A stretch of DNA of 64,000 bases from positions 93,248,001-93,312,000 of the forward strand of contig OX597819.1 in assembly GCA_951406725.2 (NCBI GenBank). Direction: 5' to 3'. The notes under the pieces are model-generated. The model did no database searches. It had not been told where the DNA came from and worked only from the letters and a program-made list of their open reading frames with translations. This document shows, one piece after another, positions 13,890-27,520 of this stretch (position 1 is its first letter; each line of letters opens with the position of its first letter). The DNA comes from Octopus vulgaris. Lineage: Eukaryota. A program made the position numbers and the translations under genes.

Positions 13890-14034
13890 CAGTGTGCAGG
13901 TAAAAATCTTGCTTCCCAACCATGTAGTCTTGGATTCGTTCCTACGGCGCTGCACCTTGAGCAAGTGTTTACTACTATATTCCTGAGCCAAATAATGCTC
14001 TATGAGGGGATTCGTTGGACCAAACTGAAAGAAA

Positions 14035-14119
<85 letters not shown>

Positions 14120-14280
14120 CGTGCGTGCGAGCGCGTGTGTTGTGTTTGTCTCACACCATCGGTTGACAATCGATGTAACTTAGGGATTCGGCAAAACTGG
14201 GATCGATTTGTCAGACTAAACCCTTCAAGGTGCTGCCCCAGATTGACCTCAGTCTATTGACTGCAACAAAAGATAAGAGA
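13890..14280 (+). mobile_element. Diverged SINE family C with internal (GT)n
   Basis: cttgcttcccaaccatg...gcaccttgagcaagtgt...aaactgaaagaa, then the microsatellite, then ttgacaatcgatg...gtgctgccccag. Confidence 0.75.
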
Positions 14281-15094
14281 TATGTATTTTTGTATGTGTG
14301 CGAATGTATATTTGCGTGTAGACATTGCTTTAAATATAATCAGAGCACCTTTATAGGTGAACTATAAATTCATCAAAATTTTCTTAACACGATTTAATGT
14401 TCATATTTACATATATTTCTATTTGGCTGGTAAGCAGTGGCGATGGTTGTAGTACTGCTGACGAAATTTGTTTAACGTCTAGACTTGTCGCCCTTGTCGA
14501 AGATATTAGAAATATTCAACGTCAGTCTTTTTAATATGTATGTATATATATATATATATATATATAAAGACGGAATACAGAAAAAGATTTGAAATGGATA
14601 AAGGAAAAGACACGTATAAGGAGGTGTTGAGAAAGATACTGTGATTATGTGCGTCAGTGCATGGGTGGGTGAAAGGGAGCTACATTTACTTATGAGAAGT
14701 TGAGCATGGAGAACGAAGGATATGTTGAAGAAAGAGGCGGAGGGGGAAGGGAGGAGGAGAAGGAGGAGGAGGAGGTTAAACGGATGCTTATAGCATCGGT
14801 CGAGTAAACACGAAATAAGCAGGCACAGTATGGTAGAGCAGAAGCAAGATATTGCCAGATCTCTGAGAGAGGGATTTTGAGATGCTTTTAAAATCTCCGC
14901 GGAATATTATCTATATAAAGTCAGCGTATCTAGGTTCCTTCGCTCCATGCACACACATATATAAACAAACACACACACACAACCATTCGCACTCGCATAT
15001 ATATGAATACACACGCACTCACACACACACACACATATATATATGTTCTTTTATGTTTCACCACTGAGGCAAGGGTCATGCTGGGGTACATGTG

Positions 15095-15165
<71 letters not shown>

Positions 15166-15187
15166 GTATATATATATATATATTCAG

Positions 15188-15218
<31 letters not shown>

Positions 15219-16647
15219 AGTATACGTATTCATATATAGACACATACACAGAGCTAACACTGCTACATAAATATGTGTGTGTGTGTGCTCGTGCCCGTTT
15301 GTTTATCTATGTGTTTATCTACGTGAGTAACATGTAGTAAAATTAAATGAACTATAGATTTGTTTTTTCTTTGTTTTTTGTTGCTTTTTTTTTTACATTC
15401 AGAAGGTACATATGTGCCATTAGCTAAAGAGGAGAGTTGCTGTGATCCTCAACTCTTTTTCAATAACATTAAAGTGCATTGTACCTCTGACAAACGTGAA
15501 TCAAATATTCGGCTGTGATCACGACTGAATAGAATTATATTCATATCTCAGCTTCTTTTCGCAGATATTAACGATATTTATTTTCCTTATGCATAAAATC
15601 AATTTTATGGGGATATGAATAATTCGATCTCAGCGGTTCTGGCGAAGAATAATATCTGTTTACCCCTGATGACGTTTGAACTCATAACTTCGTAATTTTG
15701 TGAGACTGATTACAGTGAATGTTTTAATAATTAAGTAGTTTGTGCTGTGCTGTTACCGCCAACTCCACCTAGATGTTTTAGTGAGCGATTTGTAGAACAT
15801 TATGAGTCAAATTTCATGAGCCGTTTTCGCTAATATTTTTGAATTCCCTGACGAATCTCATGTTCTTTTAAAAGAACGAAACCATACAATGAACAACTAG
15901 CTACCAATATCATAAAATCCAATTTTGCTGGCCAATAAAAAAATATTATTTCTAGATAATCTAATATTGACTGATACAGGAATGTACCAAAGAGGATGGG
16001 ATCATGCTCTGATAGATCAAAACGCATCGCAATTTCAATTCCGGTTCAAGCAAATTCCTTTCATAAAAGCAGCTATGACTCATGGGAAAAGTATGAACGT
16101 TAGAATTACCGTGCTTTTTTTTTTAAATCTGAAGTACAGTTTTTGTTCAGTGGGTGAAGAATACATTATATGTTTCTAAATATGGCAGAGGGACGAATAT
16201 TTATAGTGAACACATACGGTCAATAGAATTGTCTTCAAGGTATCATTACTGCCATTCATCTATCGATCATTGCACAGATGAATGGCTACGTCAACTTACG
16301 TGATTTTAACTTACTCCAAGGATTTAGTTACGACTTATAACGCTTCTACCAATCTCTGTTTTTAACCGTTTAGATGACTATAACATTTAACGGATCATAT
16401 TTTTTACCACTACAGATCTAAACAATAAAAATTTTCCTCACTATTTGAATGTCGAAACACCAATCCATATTGTGATACTCCGTTATCTATGTGGGAAAAA
16501 TCTTAGAGAAACTGATTACTATATATCCCATAAACATATTTTAACTGTACTGCAAATATTAAGACAGACGTTCATGACTTTTTTTTTTGTCAGGGCCGTC
16601 TTTCATACCCTTAAGCTTTCATCCCTATAGGTATAGGAAAGTAGTTC

Positions 16648-17072
16648 GGATCTTTTCGGTTTGAACGGCATTTTTCTAGCGGTGTCATATGAAATTGTCA
16701 CCCATAGTTATGACCCTAGTATCGATCTATTGCATTTCAATCTGTTTTAGGGTTAGAGTTAGTTAGGGTTAGTTAGGGTTAGGGTTAGGGTTAGGGTATC
16801 TTTTTTTCTTCTGAAATGTAAATAAACCCATTCTGTTTCTTAAACGAGGGACATATTCATACGGCACAGAATGTTTTTTACCTCAATAGACGTCAGTGAT
16901 TGGTTGAAATTGCAGAAATTGAAGAAAAAACAACAAATATCTTACAAACTATTGAATTTTAAGCCAAGAGAAAAAGATGTTTTATAAATACATTCTACCA
17001 GTATACGAAGTTTAAAATTTGTTAGTTACCTAGAAATTATGTTAAAAACTGCCGTTCAAACCGAAAAGATTC
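16648..17072. mobile_element. Non-autonomous DNA transposon (MITE) with ~25-bp TIRs and internal telomeric-type repeats
   Basis: ggatcttttcggtttgaacggca at the left end and tgccgttcaaaccgaaaagattc at the right; TTAGGG/TTAG array at 16747-16796. Confidence 0.88.
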
Positions 17073-18968
17073 GGAAGTTGTCCTAAATCTTTAGACCTTA
17101 CTCGAATGCTTGCAATACTAAAGCACCAAAGATCATGTTGTGGTAGTGCAGAACTAAGTGACGGACTAAGTTGATCATTCTAGTCTAGATCAGTATTAGA
17201 AAGAAAAAGAAAATAAAGCAAAGTTAATATACTTCAATAAACAAATATCATTAGAAATACGAAATACGGTAACTTTCGATCAACTCAAAGCACTTACCTG
17301 ATAATTATCCTGGCAAATTTTCGAGCATTAAAAATCTGGGTAAGAAGCAACTTCGCCCTACCTTATTATTAGTGTCAAACGTACAGCCCGCGAGCCAAAT
17401 CTGGTCTGCAGTAATGTTCCAAATTGTAAAAGGACTTCTTAAATGGTAAAAGTAATGGAATCTAAAACACAGCGTAAACTGTTACTATTTTACTTCTGGC
17501 TGGATTTATTAATCTACATTTGGAATTGGCAAGAAAATTATCTTTATAATCCTTCATTGTATAGCTGACGTAACGTTGAAGAGTCTATCTCTTTTAGGTT
17601 GCTAGCTATTTCTTTGCTGCAAAATTATTATTATATATTCTGGAGTTCGTTTACCTTGCATTGCTCGAAATGCATCCATGGCATGTATAACTATCAGTTT
17701 CTCAAAGAATTTACACACAAGTAACGGAATACAGCAACAGGGATTGGTATTTCTACGTTCAAATATTAAGAAAATTTTTGTTTCGATCTGTATGTAGTAG
17801 AAAAAGTTATAATCAGTAAAATGTTATGGTCGATTTAGTAATCGCACTCTTCAGAAAAAAGAACTGGCGTAGAGGCAAAATAAATATTCCTTTTTCTAGA
17901 AAGCAATAAATTTAAAATGCTAATCTAAAAATATAGTTTAAGCAATTTCTAGAAACATCTAACAGTTAAATTATCAATTTTCACTGTCAGACAACTGGCT
18001 AAATAATCAATATAGATTAATAATTTCACTGCTGATATAGTAAGATAAATATATTTAACTCTACAGTCAGTGTAAAATTTTCAATTTTATTGTGAAATAC
18101 CAGCCTCATAGTTTCAATATATTCCATAAATAAACAGTACGCTACTAAATTGATAGACAGTGTATATTGTCAATCTTAATAACAGAATTAATTTTATCGT
18201 ATATTTGGTTACTTATTTAACACTCAGTGTAAATATGAGAAAATTGACTGCTAATTCTATACAAAGTTAATATAAATAACCATTTAATTTACGTAGTTAC
18301 GGAAATTTGAAATAGAATGTCTATTAATTGAATATTTCTTTACAGATTCACTGTCAATGAAGACTAATTCGCGTAGTAAGAGATACATTAGCTAAGCAGA
18401 TTATTAATTTGACTGTTATCGAGAAGTCGAAGTTTATTTAGATTATAGGATTGGTTATAGCTAATACATTATAGGAAATATATAGTAAAATCACCACAAA
18501 AGGCAATGCGAGGATTAATTTATAAAGATCTGTTTCTCTCCTACGTATCTTTGTTCTCTGCCACTATGATTTATGCTTACAAGCTTTAATATCCGAAAGC
18601 CCATTAATGTATACATGTCTGCCGTTACAGCTATGTTTGTAAGTATACGGTTTGTAAGTTTTATTTCGTTCCAAGACTCTGAGAGATAACTAAAAGTAAG
18701 TTACATATGAAAATCATATTTTTCGGAACATGATTTCCTGTCTGCATTTCCTATCTTGTCTTTCATACTCTTCTTTTCTTTCACTCATAATTCGCTTTGC
18801 TGACATTTCCTTTTCTATCAAGTTTCAATCACCCTGCCAAGAAGAGGGAGTAATTAGCTTTCAGTGGCGACAAACGTCTTACTTTACACAAATATATTTC
18901 ATGATGATAAGAAAGCTAATCTCCCAGCTCGGCAACAAACGTACTGGATCCATGCTTTCTTCTGCTGT

Positions 18969-19019
<51 letters not shown>

Positions 19020-19898
19020 TTTTGTAATCTTTTCTGCGAAAATTGCTACGATGGAGCTATAATAGCCGAGCTTCACCGGACATACATATAACTTTTGAGT
19101 TTGTATATCGCATCATTGAAAACATTTCATTCATAAGTAAAGTGTTTAAATGTACTCGCTTTTCTACAGTCAAGCAAACAGCAGTTCTACTACTATGCAC
19201 TAATGGATTCCATTAGCAAACACTAAACTCAAAATCTCTGTCATGCTCGCATTTCTGTTGCCAAACTAACATAACGTTATATCCCGAAAAAAACACATGA
19301 GGTTTTACCAGACTACTTCGTAAGATTTCCGATTATTGTTATTGCTAGTGCCGCTGTTTGTGTTGTTGTCGCTGCTGCTGTTGCTGCTGCTGTTGCTGCT
19401 GCTGTTGCTGCTGCTGCAGCGGCGGTGGCGACGGCTGTTGTTATTTAGCCTCGGCTCAATCCTGATTGAGAATATTCGAGCAAAAGCGCTTTAAACATCA
19501 AGAACAACCTGTCTTTTTTGAGGTGGCTGGGTAACGATTCCAGATATCATTAACTTTGAAAAGCATTGTGTCCGATGCAACTCGACCAAAGACGAAAAAT
19601 ATATTCAATTCAATACCCTCTTTAAAATGTTTTTTTTCTTTCTTTTCCAGACTTTTGCCTGGTTATTATGTCATGTCGAATTGCCATGTGGAATCTCACA
19701 AGTAGCCTCGTAATTTAATGATCGTTATTATTAATGCTGTGTAACTCAAGATTTGGTCCTTGTTAAGTGGCACTATAGCTCATTGTTAGTCGGCTGATCG
19801 ACATGGTATGACTCGCAGATTCGCCTAATCACTTATGCAATGTCTCAGCTTATCTGAGATATGCGCGCGTGTGTATGTGTGTGGGTGTGTGTGTGTGA

Positions 19899-20220
19899 GG
19901 GCGCGTGGCTTAGTGGTTAGGGCATTCGGCTCATGATCGTAAGGTTGTGAGTTCGACTCCCGGCGACGCGTTGTGTCCTTGAGCAAGACACTTTATTTCA
20001 CGTTGCTCCAGTCCACTCAGCTGGCAAAAATGAGTTGTACTTGTATTTCAAAGGGTCAGCCTTGTCACTCTCTGTGTCACGCTGATTATCCCCGAGAACT
20101 ACGTTAAGGGTACATGTGTCTGTGGAATGCTCAGCCATTTGCACGTTAATTTCACGAGCAAGCTGTTCCGTTGATCGTATCAGCTGGGACCCTCGTCGTC
20201 GTAACCGGCGGAGTCTTTTA
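19899..20220 (+). mobile_element. tRNA-derived SINE with V/Meta-like central motif
   Basis: A-box tggcttagtggttagg, B-box gagttcgactccc and central gtgtccttgagcaagacactt. Confidence 0.88.
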
Positions 20221-20260
20221 GGGTGTGTGTATGTGTGTGTGGGTGTGGGTGGGGGGGGGG

Positions 20261-20316
<56 letters not shown>

Positions 20317-21568
20317 AAGAATTGGTATGGATTGTTTGAGATGTAAAAGGAATCTTTGAATGCGTTGATCTTTTCTCCACTGAAAGTTCTTGTGGGAGTT
20401 TTAAAATCTTATGGTTGGAGTGTGCTACTTATGGTTGGAGTCTTATGGTTGGAGTGATAAAACGAATGGTCTGATCGATTGTAGTATACGTTGGGGTATT
20501 TGTATTAATGCGCTTTATCTTCCATTTTTAACACGTAAAACGACAAAACACGAAAACAAAAAACATCTAAAAATATTTTTTAGCTTATAAATGTTCTGCT
20601 AAATGGTGTGTACGTATTTTCACGTGTATTTCATTTAATTTTCCACTCCAATTTTTGGAGCGTTTTGTTTGGTTTTAATTTTTATGCTTTTAAATATGTT
20701 TGGTGAGACCGACGTAAAGTTGAATAAATCAACTGAAGCTGATGTTTATTTTTCTATGAATATCTCTAAAAAACGACGTAAAGTCGAAAAACAAATCGTA
20801 ATTCGAAATGACCTATTTTGAGGTGTGTCTATATTTGATAAAATATTTCAATATTCTTTTAGTATCCCTTTTTGTTTGTTTAGCCACAGGTAAGACCTGG
20901 TCCAACAGATCTATGACAAAAGGCGTTCAAACCATGAATTTAGTATATTTCTTTGACTCTTCATACCGAAAACAACGTTGTAAAATATGGCCTTTCTCTC
21001 TCCAAGACGTTAGGCACTGATCGGAGGGAAATCTGGCTGACATTTCTAACAGATCGAGGTGCCACATATAGGCTTCCACATTGGCTATTTTAACATCCTC
21101 CTGTTTACTTTAGGCGGAATATTTTCTTCAGTCAGCATGAATACATTTCGAGAATGTAGATAATTCTTTCCTCTTTTTTACTATTTTTCTTTTTCATTAT
21201 TCTTAAAATACCAACATTTATATTAGATGAAATAATTTTAGAGAATTCGAGATGTTAGAAAAACATTTTTCACTTAAAGTGCTTTACTCGTAACTTTGGC
21301 TGGAGAAAGCTAAAATTTTCTGCGAACATTTTTATGTGAAAACGTTTTCGAAAAGACAATTCCATGGCAGAGTTTTCCTTCATTGCATTAAAAATGTTAT
21401 TCTTCACTTAAATATTTTAATGCGTAAAACCTAAAATAAGTAAACATATGCACCTGACATAATGTGGGTATATATGTGTACGGGGATATGTATGTATGTT
21501 TGTATATATATAAGCATATGCACATACGTATACATATATACACATATATACAAACACACACATATATG

Positions 21569-21641
<73 letters not shown>

Positions 21642-22129
21642 ATGGTGGGGATGGGTGTATATTTATGAATTTAAACGGTTCAGAGAAATAACGCAGAATG
21701 GGCTAAAGAAATAAATTTGAACGAAAAAGAGGGGAAAAGATATACTAAATACAATTCAGGATAAATGAAATTATTTTCGATGGTAAAGTAAAATAATTTC
21801 ATGACGGTAATTGGGTTCAACCCTTTTTCAGGCATTTCTGGAGGATTCTTGAGTCTTGAAATTTTATCGGGCTGAATCCCAATTGTCACCAGGCTTTTGT
21901 TTTACCATCTCATGAGCAAAAATAATGCTTACACACACACACACACACATATACATATGTGCATCAACAAATATATATATCTTCATCGCTGTATTTAAAT
22001 CTTTATATTTATGCTGCTCTAACGCCTTAGAGAAATCATTATCAATATTATGACGGTTAATATATATCATTGTTAAAGCAATTTATATTGCAATTCATAT
22101 TATTGTCATTATTTAAGCGTGGATAATAT

Positions 22130-22340
22130 GAAGGTGGCAAACTGGCGGAATCTTTCGCACCCCAGACAAAATGGTTAGCGGTATTTCTTCCAGAGGTGTA
22201 TTCTGAGGTCAAATTCGTCCCAGGATGACTTTACCGTTCATCCCTTTCAAGGTCGATCAAATAAGCACCAGCTGAACACTGGAATCGATGTAATTCCACT
22301 GCTCTAAAATCGATGGCCTTGTGCCTAAATTTGAAGCTAT
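22130..22340 (+). mobile_element. Old diverged SINE family A copy
   Basis: aaggtggcaaactggcggaatc...ttcatccctttcaaggtcgatcaaataagcaccag...ggccttgtgcct. Confidence 0.75.
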
Positions 22341-22907
22341 TAATTAAACGGACTGTCCTTAATAGGTAAAACGAAATTTCCTAACGCCATAATGTTTACT
22401 GCGAATATACATTTAAAGTATATCACGTATTTCAAAAGAAAGTTGAAGACGAAACAAGCTTAGTGTTAATATATGCGTATGCGTAGTACGTGCATGCGTG
22501 CGAAAGACTTAACTAAAATAATAATTTTTTATATATTCATCACTCTACATCTATAATTTCAGTAAATGATACTTGCCATTCCAAGAATGCGTCTTACGCC
22601 AACCCTTCACTTTAATCGTCTATTTCTCCTTAATTCTTTTCCTTTTTTTATACAGAGGTTAAACGTTAAACCACAGCTTTCCATTCATTTTAATTTTAAT
22701 GCACATACCGCCACATACTAACTTTATTTGCCGTACTCTTTTTTTTTTCCACTCACCAAATTTTCTCTATTTTTTATTTTCTCACTACTTTTACTCATTC
22801 TTTTTTTTTTCTGCTAAACGACTTCGTATCCGAAACGCCAAGACTCTTTCCCTGCTTCAGCATTAAACTAATACATTTTTAAAAACTACTCCACCCCGCA
22901 TTATATA

Positions 22908-22948
<41 letters not shown>

Positions 22949-24182
22949 TTAATTTATAGGTTTGTGTACTAATGTACAATAAATATCTTCTCTGAACAAA
23001 AATTCAATACAATACTGTGCGTAGGGTTAAAAAATAATATTTATTTTTCATTAGTTGTATCCGTTAAAATGCCAAAGGGAAATCTGACATCCATCTTAAC
23101 TCCAAAATCACTATAATGAACAGTAAAAATGGACACAAAAATCAGGACAATATCGCGGCATCTTTCACCACTTTTATAACTATCTATAGCAAACAAACTG
23201 CTGGCACCACCAGCAACGAGCACTATAACAACTACAACAACGAAACAAATATAACCACCACCATCACCACCAGCATTAGTGCTAGCAATAAATAAACAAG
23301 CAGCTGTTACAATGAGTAATATTTACGTTTGGAGATTGAAATTTACGGGGTGAATATCCGGGTTCAGTCCTCGTATGAGTTAAACCATAAACAATTTTTG
23401 TTCATATAATTTTTCTAGTCCAATAAATAATAATTAATTCCTAGTCATCTTCCCTTGGCACCACCATTATAACCACAACCGATATGGAAAATAGGAATTA
23501 TTCACCCTCACTATGAAATCACTATGGAACTTAGGAACTCTTGTATACGGTTTTATAGTAATATATTGAAGTTCGCATGTATTTAAATTCTGATGTCAGC
23601 TAATTTTTCAATATATTTGTAAACATACCATAAAGATATAATTTTACAAATTCCCATTTTGTACTACGTATGCCTTAAGTAAGGAAAGCCCTCGTAGTTG
23701 ATGTTCTATTTAAATATGTAATATCAAACTTGAAGTCATTAACGTAATCATTTCCAAATTTGTCTAATAGTAATAAGATTCCATTATGATAGCGAAAAAT
23801 ATCGTCGAAGATAATAACGATCAGTCATGTTGGTAACAAATATATCTTCAAGAACCAACAAACATCACAGTCTGTCTGTCTGTCTGTCTCTCTGTCTAAC
23901 TATCTATCTATCTATATATCTATCCCCATCATTTACTCTTAACATCATCAATATCACCGCAGGCAACACCCAAGCTACAATTACTCTTCGCCGAGATACT
24001 TCCCTTAGCGCGATAAACTCCTTACGTTTGAGATACGATATTATCATAAAAATGACTGCATTGAGAAGTCCGATCGGTAAATTAAATATTTTTATACATA
24101 TGTACACCAATCTATAAGTGATGTGTGTTATATGTTTGTGTGTTTTAGATGTGTATATGTTTCTGGGTTTACGAAACAGTGT

Positions 24183-24221
<39 letters not shown>

Positions 24222-24224
24222 TTC

Positions 24225-24570
24225 CCGGGAAAACAAAGCATCAGAACGCATAGCCTGACACCAGTCTTGCATCCCCTCAGTTCAAAGTTTTGAGCAAAGT
24301 CGACTCCAACATCGAGACCAACTTCGGGCAAGGATGAAGGCACACAGGCAAAACGCTGCTCCTCTAAATAGAAACCGTACCTGTCACTGTAGTTTTGTGG
24401 CACGAAGCAAAGCAGGCCTTGTCGTCCACTCAGCTTGTTGCATTTGCCAAAAGGTTTACAAGGCACCAGCGGGCCTCAAGAGATACATTTATGTCCATAG
24501 AACATGATTACCGCTTTTTTTAGTGAACCCTCATTTGTCGTTCATGACAAGAGAATCCATCATCATCATC
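24225..24570 (+). mobile_element. RTE-clade LINE 3' end (ORF C-terminus with zinc-finger-like motifs, 3' UTR, (CAT)n tail)
   Basis: FEQSRLQHRDQLRARMK...TCHCSFVARSKAGLVVH..CCICQKVYKAPAGLKRYIYVHRT*, followed by a short UTR ending catcatcatcat. Confidence 0.7.
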
Positions 24571-24669
24571 ATATATGTGTATGGCCGAGGAATTAAGAAT
24601 TACAAACGCGTAAGCACGTAAATGAACAACGTATGTGTGTGCATATGTGTTTACGTATATATATATATA

Positions 24670-25180
24670 TTGTTGTGACCCCCTTCGATCATGAATGACC
24701 ATGTGATTGCACCTGGAAAGTTACCCTCCGAGGCACAAATCTGGGCAAGACTGTTTATGGAAGACCAACAGTCGCCCACGCATACCTGCCTCCTCTCTCC
24801 ACGCCACCGTTGTTATCCAAGGGAAAGGCAAAGGCCGATACAGCTTGGCACCAGTGACGTCGCAACTCATTTATGAACGTGCAAGTGGCTGAGCACTCCA
24901 CAGACACGTATACCCTTAACGTAGTTCTCGGGGAGATTCAGCGTGACAAAGAGTGTGACAAGGCTGGCCTTTGAAATACAGGTACAAGAGAAACAGGAAG
25001 AAAGAGTGAGAGAAAGTTGTGGTGAAAGTGTACAGCAGGGTTCACCACCACCCACTGCCGGAGCCACGTGGAGCTTTAGATGTTTTCGCTCAATAAACAC
25101 TCACAATGCACGGTCTGGGAATAGAAACCGCGATCCTACGACCGTGAGTCCGCTGCGCTAAGCACTGGGCCATTGCACCT

Positions 25181-25182
<2 letters not shown>
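24670..25182 (-). mobile_element. Composite SINE: family B tRNA head, tail shared with the 19899 SINE, then a Ceph/RTE-like 3' module
   Basis: 25182-25000 matches the 9329 head, 24990-24875 matches 20040-20146, and 24872-24670 is a distinct module ending catgatcgaagggggtcacaacaa. Confidence 0.8.
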
Positions 25183-25246
<64 letters not shown>

Positions 25247-25284
25247 TGCTTTTTTTATGTTTATATATATGCATATATTTTATT

Positions 25285-25368
<84 letters not shown>

Positions 25369-25500
25369 AATAAATGGTGGGGTTGTGTTGACCGCACGTG
25401 GAGAAATGATAAGCAAGGAAAAATTGTAAAAATGCAGAATGCTCGATTGAAAGAAAATTTTAATGAAATGAGAAAATGAAAAAATATATAAATATATATT

Positions 25501-25542
25501 TATTCAAACCAGTTTTCGTCATAGTTTGACTTATCAAGAATA
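25501..25542 (-). ncRNA. Minimal type I hammerhead ribozyme, U3-A8 variant (inverted pLTR copy)
   Basis: Minus strand reads tattc-TTGATAA-gtca aacta tgac-GAAA-actggt-TT-gaata. Confidence 0.7.
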
Positions 25543-25650
25543 GTTAGGTGAAAAGGTTTTTTAAAAATGAGAAAGGGGAAAAAAAGTTGCATTGTTTTTT
25601 GCAAAAGAATAACAATAAATATGTATAAAAATTAAAAAATAAGTACTCTG

Positions 25651-26850
25651 ATGGGTACCAAGGCTGCACCAGTCCTTGCGAACCTCATAATGGGTTTCTT
25701 CGAACTATCACTCTATGAAATATCACGCCAGAAATTTGGACATGTTTTCCACACCTACCTAAAGGAAAACTGGAAAAGGTATTTGGATGATTGTTTCATC
25801 ATATGGAAAGAACCTTATGAAAAACTCCTGGAATTCAAAACCATACTAAACAACATACATCCCAACATCCAATTCACTATGGAATTAAGCAAACATCATC
25901 TACCATTCCTTGATCTCCTAATTATAAAAACACCTAAGAACCAAATCATAACAGACATCTACCACAAACCCACAGACTCACAACAATACCTCCTCTTTAG
26001 TTCATGCCACCCAAAACACACCAAGACAAATATCCCTTTCAATTTGGCTAAAATGGTATGCACCATTGTCTCGGATCCAAAAACACGAGAAATACGCCTT
26101 CAAGACCTCAAAAAAACACTATTACAACGCCAATATCCCTCCACCCTTATAGAGTATGGAATAAAACGCGCCAAAGAACTAGACAACACTACACTGATAA
26201 CCACCCAACCTAACACCACACACAACCTCAAAATTCTTCCATACATTTCCACCCACAACCCCAAAAATATCGAAGCATACACCACAATCATACAAAACCT
26301 CAGTCTACTGTCAACAGACCCAAAAATGAAAAACATTATAAATACACACAAAATCCTCAAATGCAAAAGGCAACACAAATCTTTAAAAAAACTCTTGACA
26401 AATGCCAAACTTCACACACCACATCCACCCCCAACAGTAAAAAAATGTGCACGCTCAAACTGTGGTACCTGCCCCTTTCTACTTGAAGGCTCTGAATTTA
26501 CCTTCAAACAAGGTACGAAGTTTAAAATCAAGACTAACTTCTCCTGTTCCTCCGAGAACCTTATCTACGTTCTCACATGCGCTGGTTGCCAACATAATTA
26601 TGTGGGACAAACGAGTCTCCCGTTACGTAAACGAGTAACGGTGCATAAAGAACAAATAAATCTCCCGGAATACCGACAAATTCCACTGAGTGACCACTTA
26701 GACTCATGTGCTAAAGACTTAAACCCCAAATTCTATATATTCCCCTTCTACCAATGTAAAGACGGGATCACCACACAGGAGAGAATTAACAAGGAGAATC
26801 TCTTTATTGAAAAATTCCAAACACAACTTAATATGCAAACTCCTCGTTGA
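25651..26850 (+). CDS. Penelope-like reverse transcriptase (C-terminal half) fused to GIY-YIG endonuclease, 399 aa open frame, N-terminally truncated
   Basis: MGTKAAPVLANLIM (RT motif B), RYLDDCF (YxDD), LPFLDL, TDIYHKPTDSQQYL..SSCHP (PLE thumb), CARSNCGTC linker and LIYVLTCAGCQHNYVGQT..LRKRVTVH (GIY-YIG). Confidence 0.93.
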   Translation: MGTKAAPVLANLIMGFFELSLYEISRQKFGHVFHTYLKENWKRYLDDCFIIWKEPYEKLLEFKTILNNIHPNIQFTMELSKHHLPFLDLLIIKTPKNQIITDIYHKPTDSQQYLLFSSCHPKHTKTNIPFNLAKMVCTIVSDPKTREIRLQDLKKTLLQRQYPSTLIEYGIKRAKELDNTTLITTQPNTTHNLKILPYISTHNPKNIEAYTTIIQNLSLLSTDPKMKNIINTHKILKCKRQHKSLKKLLTNAKLHTPHPPPTVKKCARSNCGTCPFLLEGSEFTFKQGTKFKIKTNFSCSSENLIYVLTCAGCQHNYVGQTSLPLRKRVTVHKEQINLPEYRQIPLSDHLDSCAKDLNPKFYIFPFYQCKDGITTQERINKENLFIEKFQTQLNMQTPR

Positions 26851-27478
26851 TCAAACTTCCTTTCTCTACCTCACTCTTCATGGATGGACTAACGCAAATA
26901 TATAAAGATACCATGCATTCACCACTTCAAGCTAAAACTTATATTCTTTAAATATCATTTTTACTATTGTTGTTATTACCATCATCTTTATTATTTATGA
27001 TATAACAATCTGAAATACAATTGTCTATGCAAATTTATATAATTAGAAAATAATATAAATAAAGTGTTAAAATCTGAAAGTTAAATTAACAAACAATTAT
27101 ATAAAAAAGATCATGCAAATGAAGCTAAAATGACAATTTTATAACTTGGGGTTTATCAGCAGCTTTTATTGAAGAACTCAAAAGAGTTGTCTCCCCTTAT
27201 TCACAACACAGGAACTGAAGAACCACAATTACTACTACTTCCTGTTTTGCCAACATCCTAAATTAAACCAAACAACACATGGCCTTAATCCCATTGGATC
27301 CTAATACCTCAAGGTAATTTTTTCGTGAACAATCATTAAACTCAAGATACACAACGAACTCACAATGTATCGGAGTACTTATTTTTTAATTTTTATACAT
27401 ATTTATTATTATTCCTTTGCAAAAAACAATGCAACTTTTTTTCCCCTTTCTCGTTTTTTAAAAACCTTTTCACCTAAC

Positions 27479-27520
27479 TATTCTTGATAAGTCAAACTAT
27501 GACGAAAGCCGGTTTGAATA
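27479..27520 (+). ncRNA. Minimal type I hammerhead ribozyme, U3-A8 variant (3' pLTR)
   Basis: tattc-TTGATAA-gtca aacta tgac-GAAA-gccggt-TT-gaata: stem I 5 bp, stem II 4 bp, near-palindromic stem III. Confidence 0.75.

Noticed and set aside
16747-16796. True telomere or chromosome-fusion scar
   Set aside because: Short, degenerate, single orientation and enclosed by TIRs.
19899-19975. tRNA gene
   Set aside because: A and B boxes are present, but the sequence continues into a SINE body with no proper acceptor stem or oligo-T terminator.
20408-20455. cttatggttggagt x3 (also the 10-bp x3 at 21-50 and a 28-bp duplication at ~28218-28270)
   Set aside because: Small local slippage duplications with no evidence of function.
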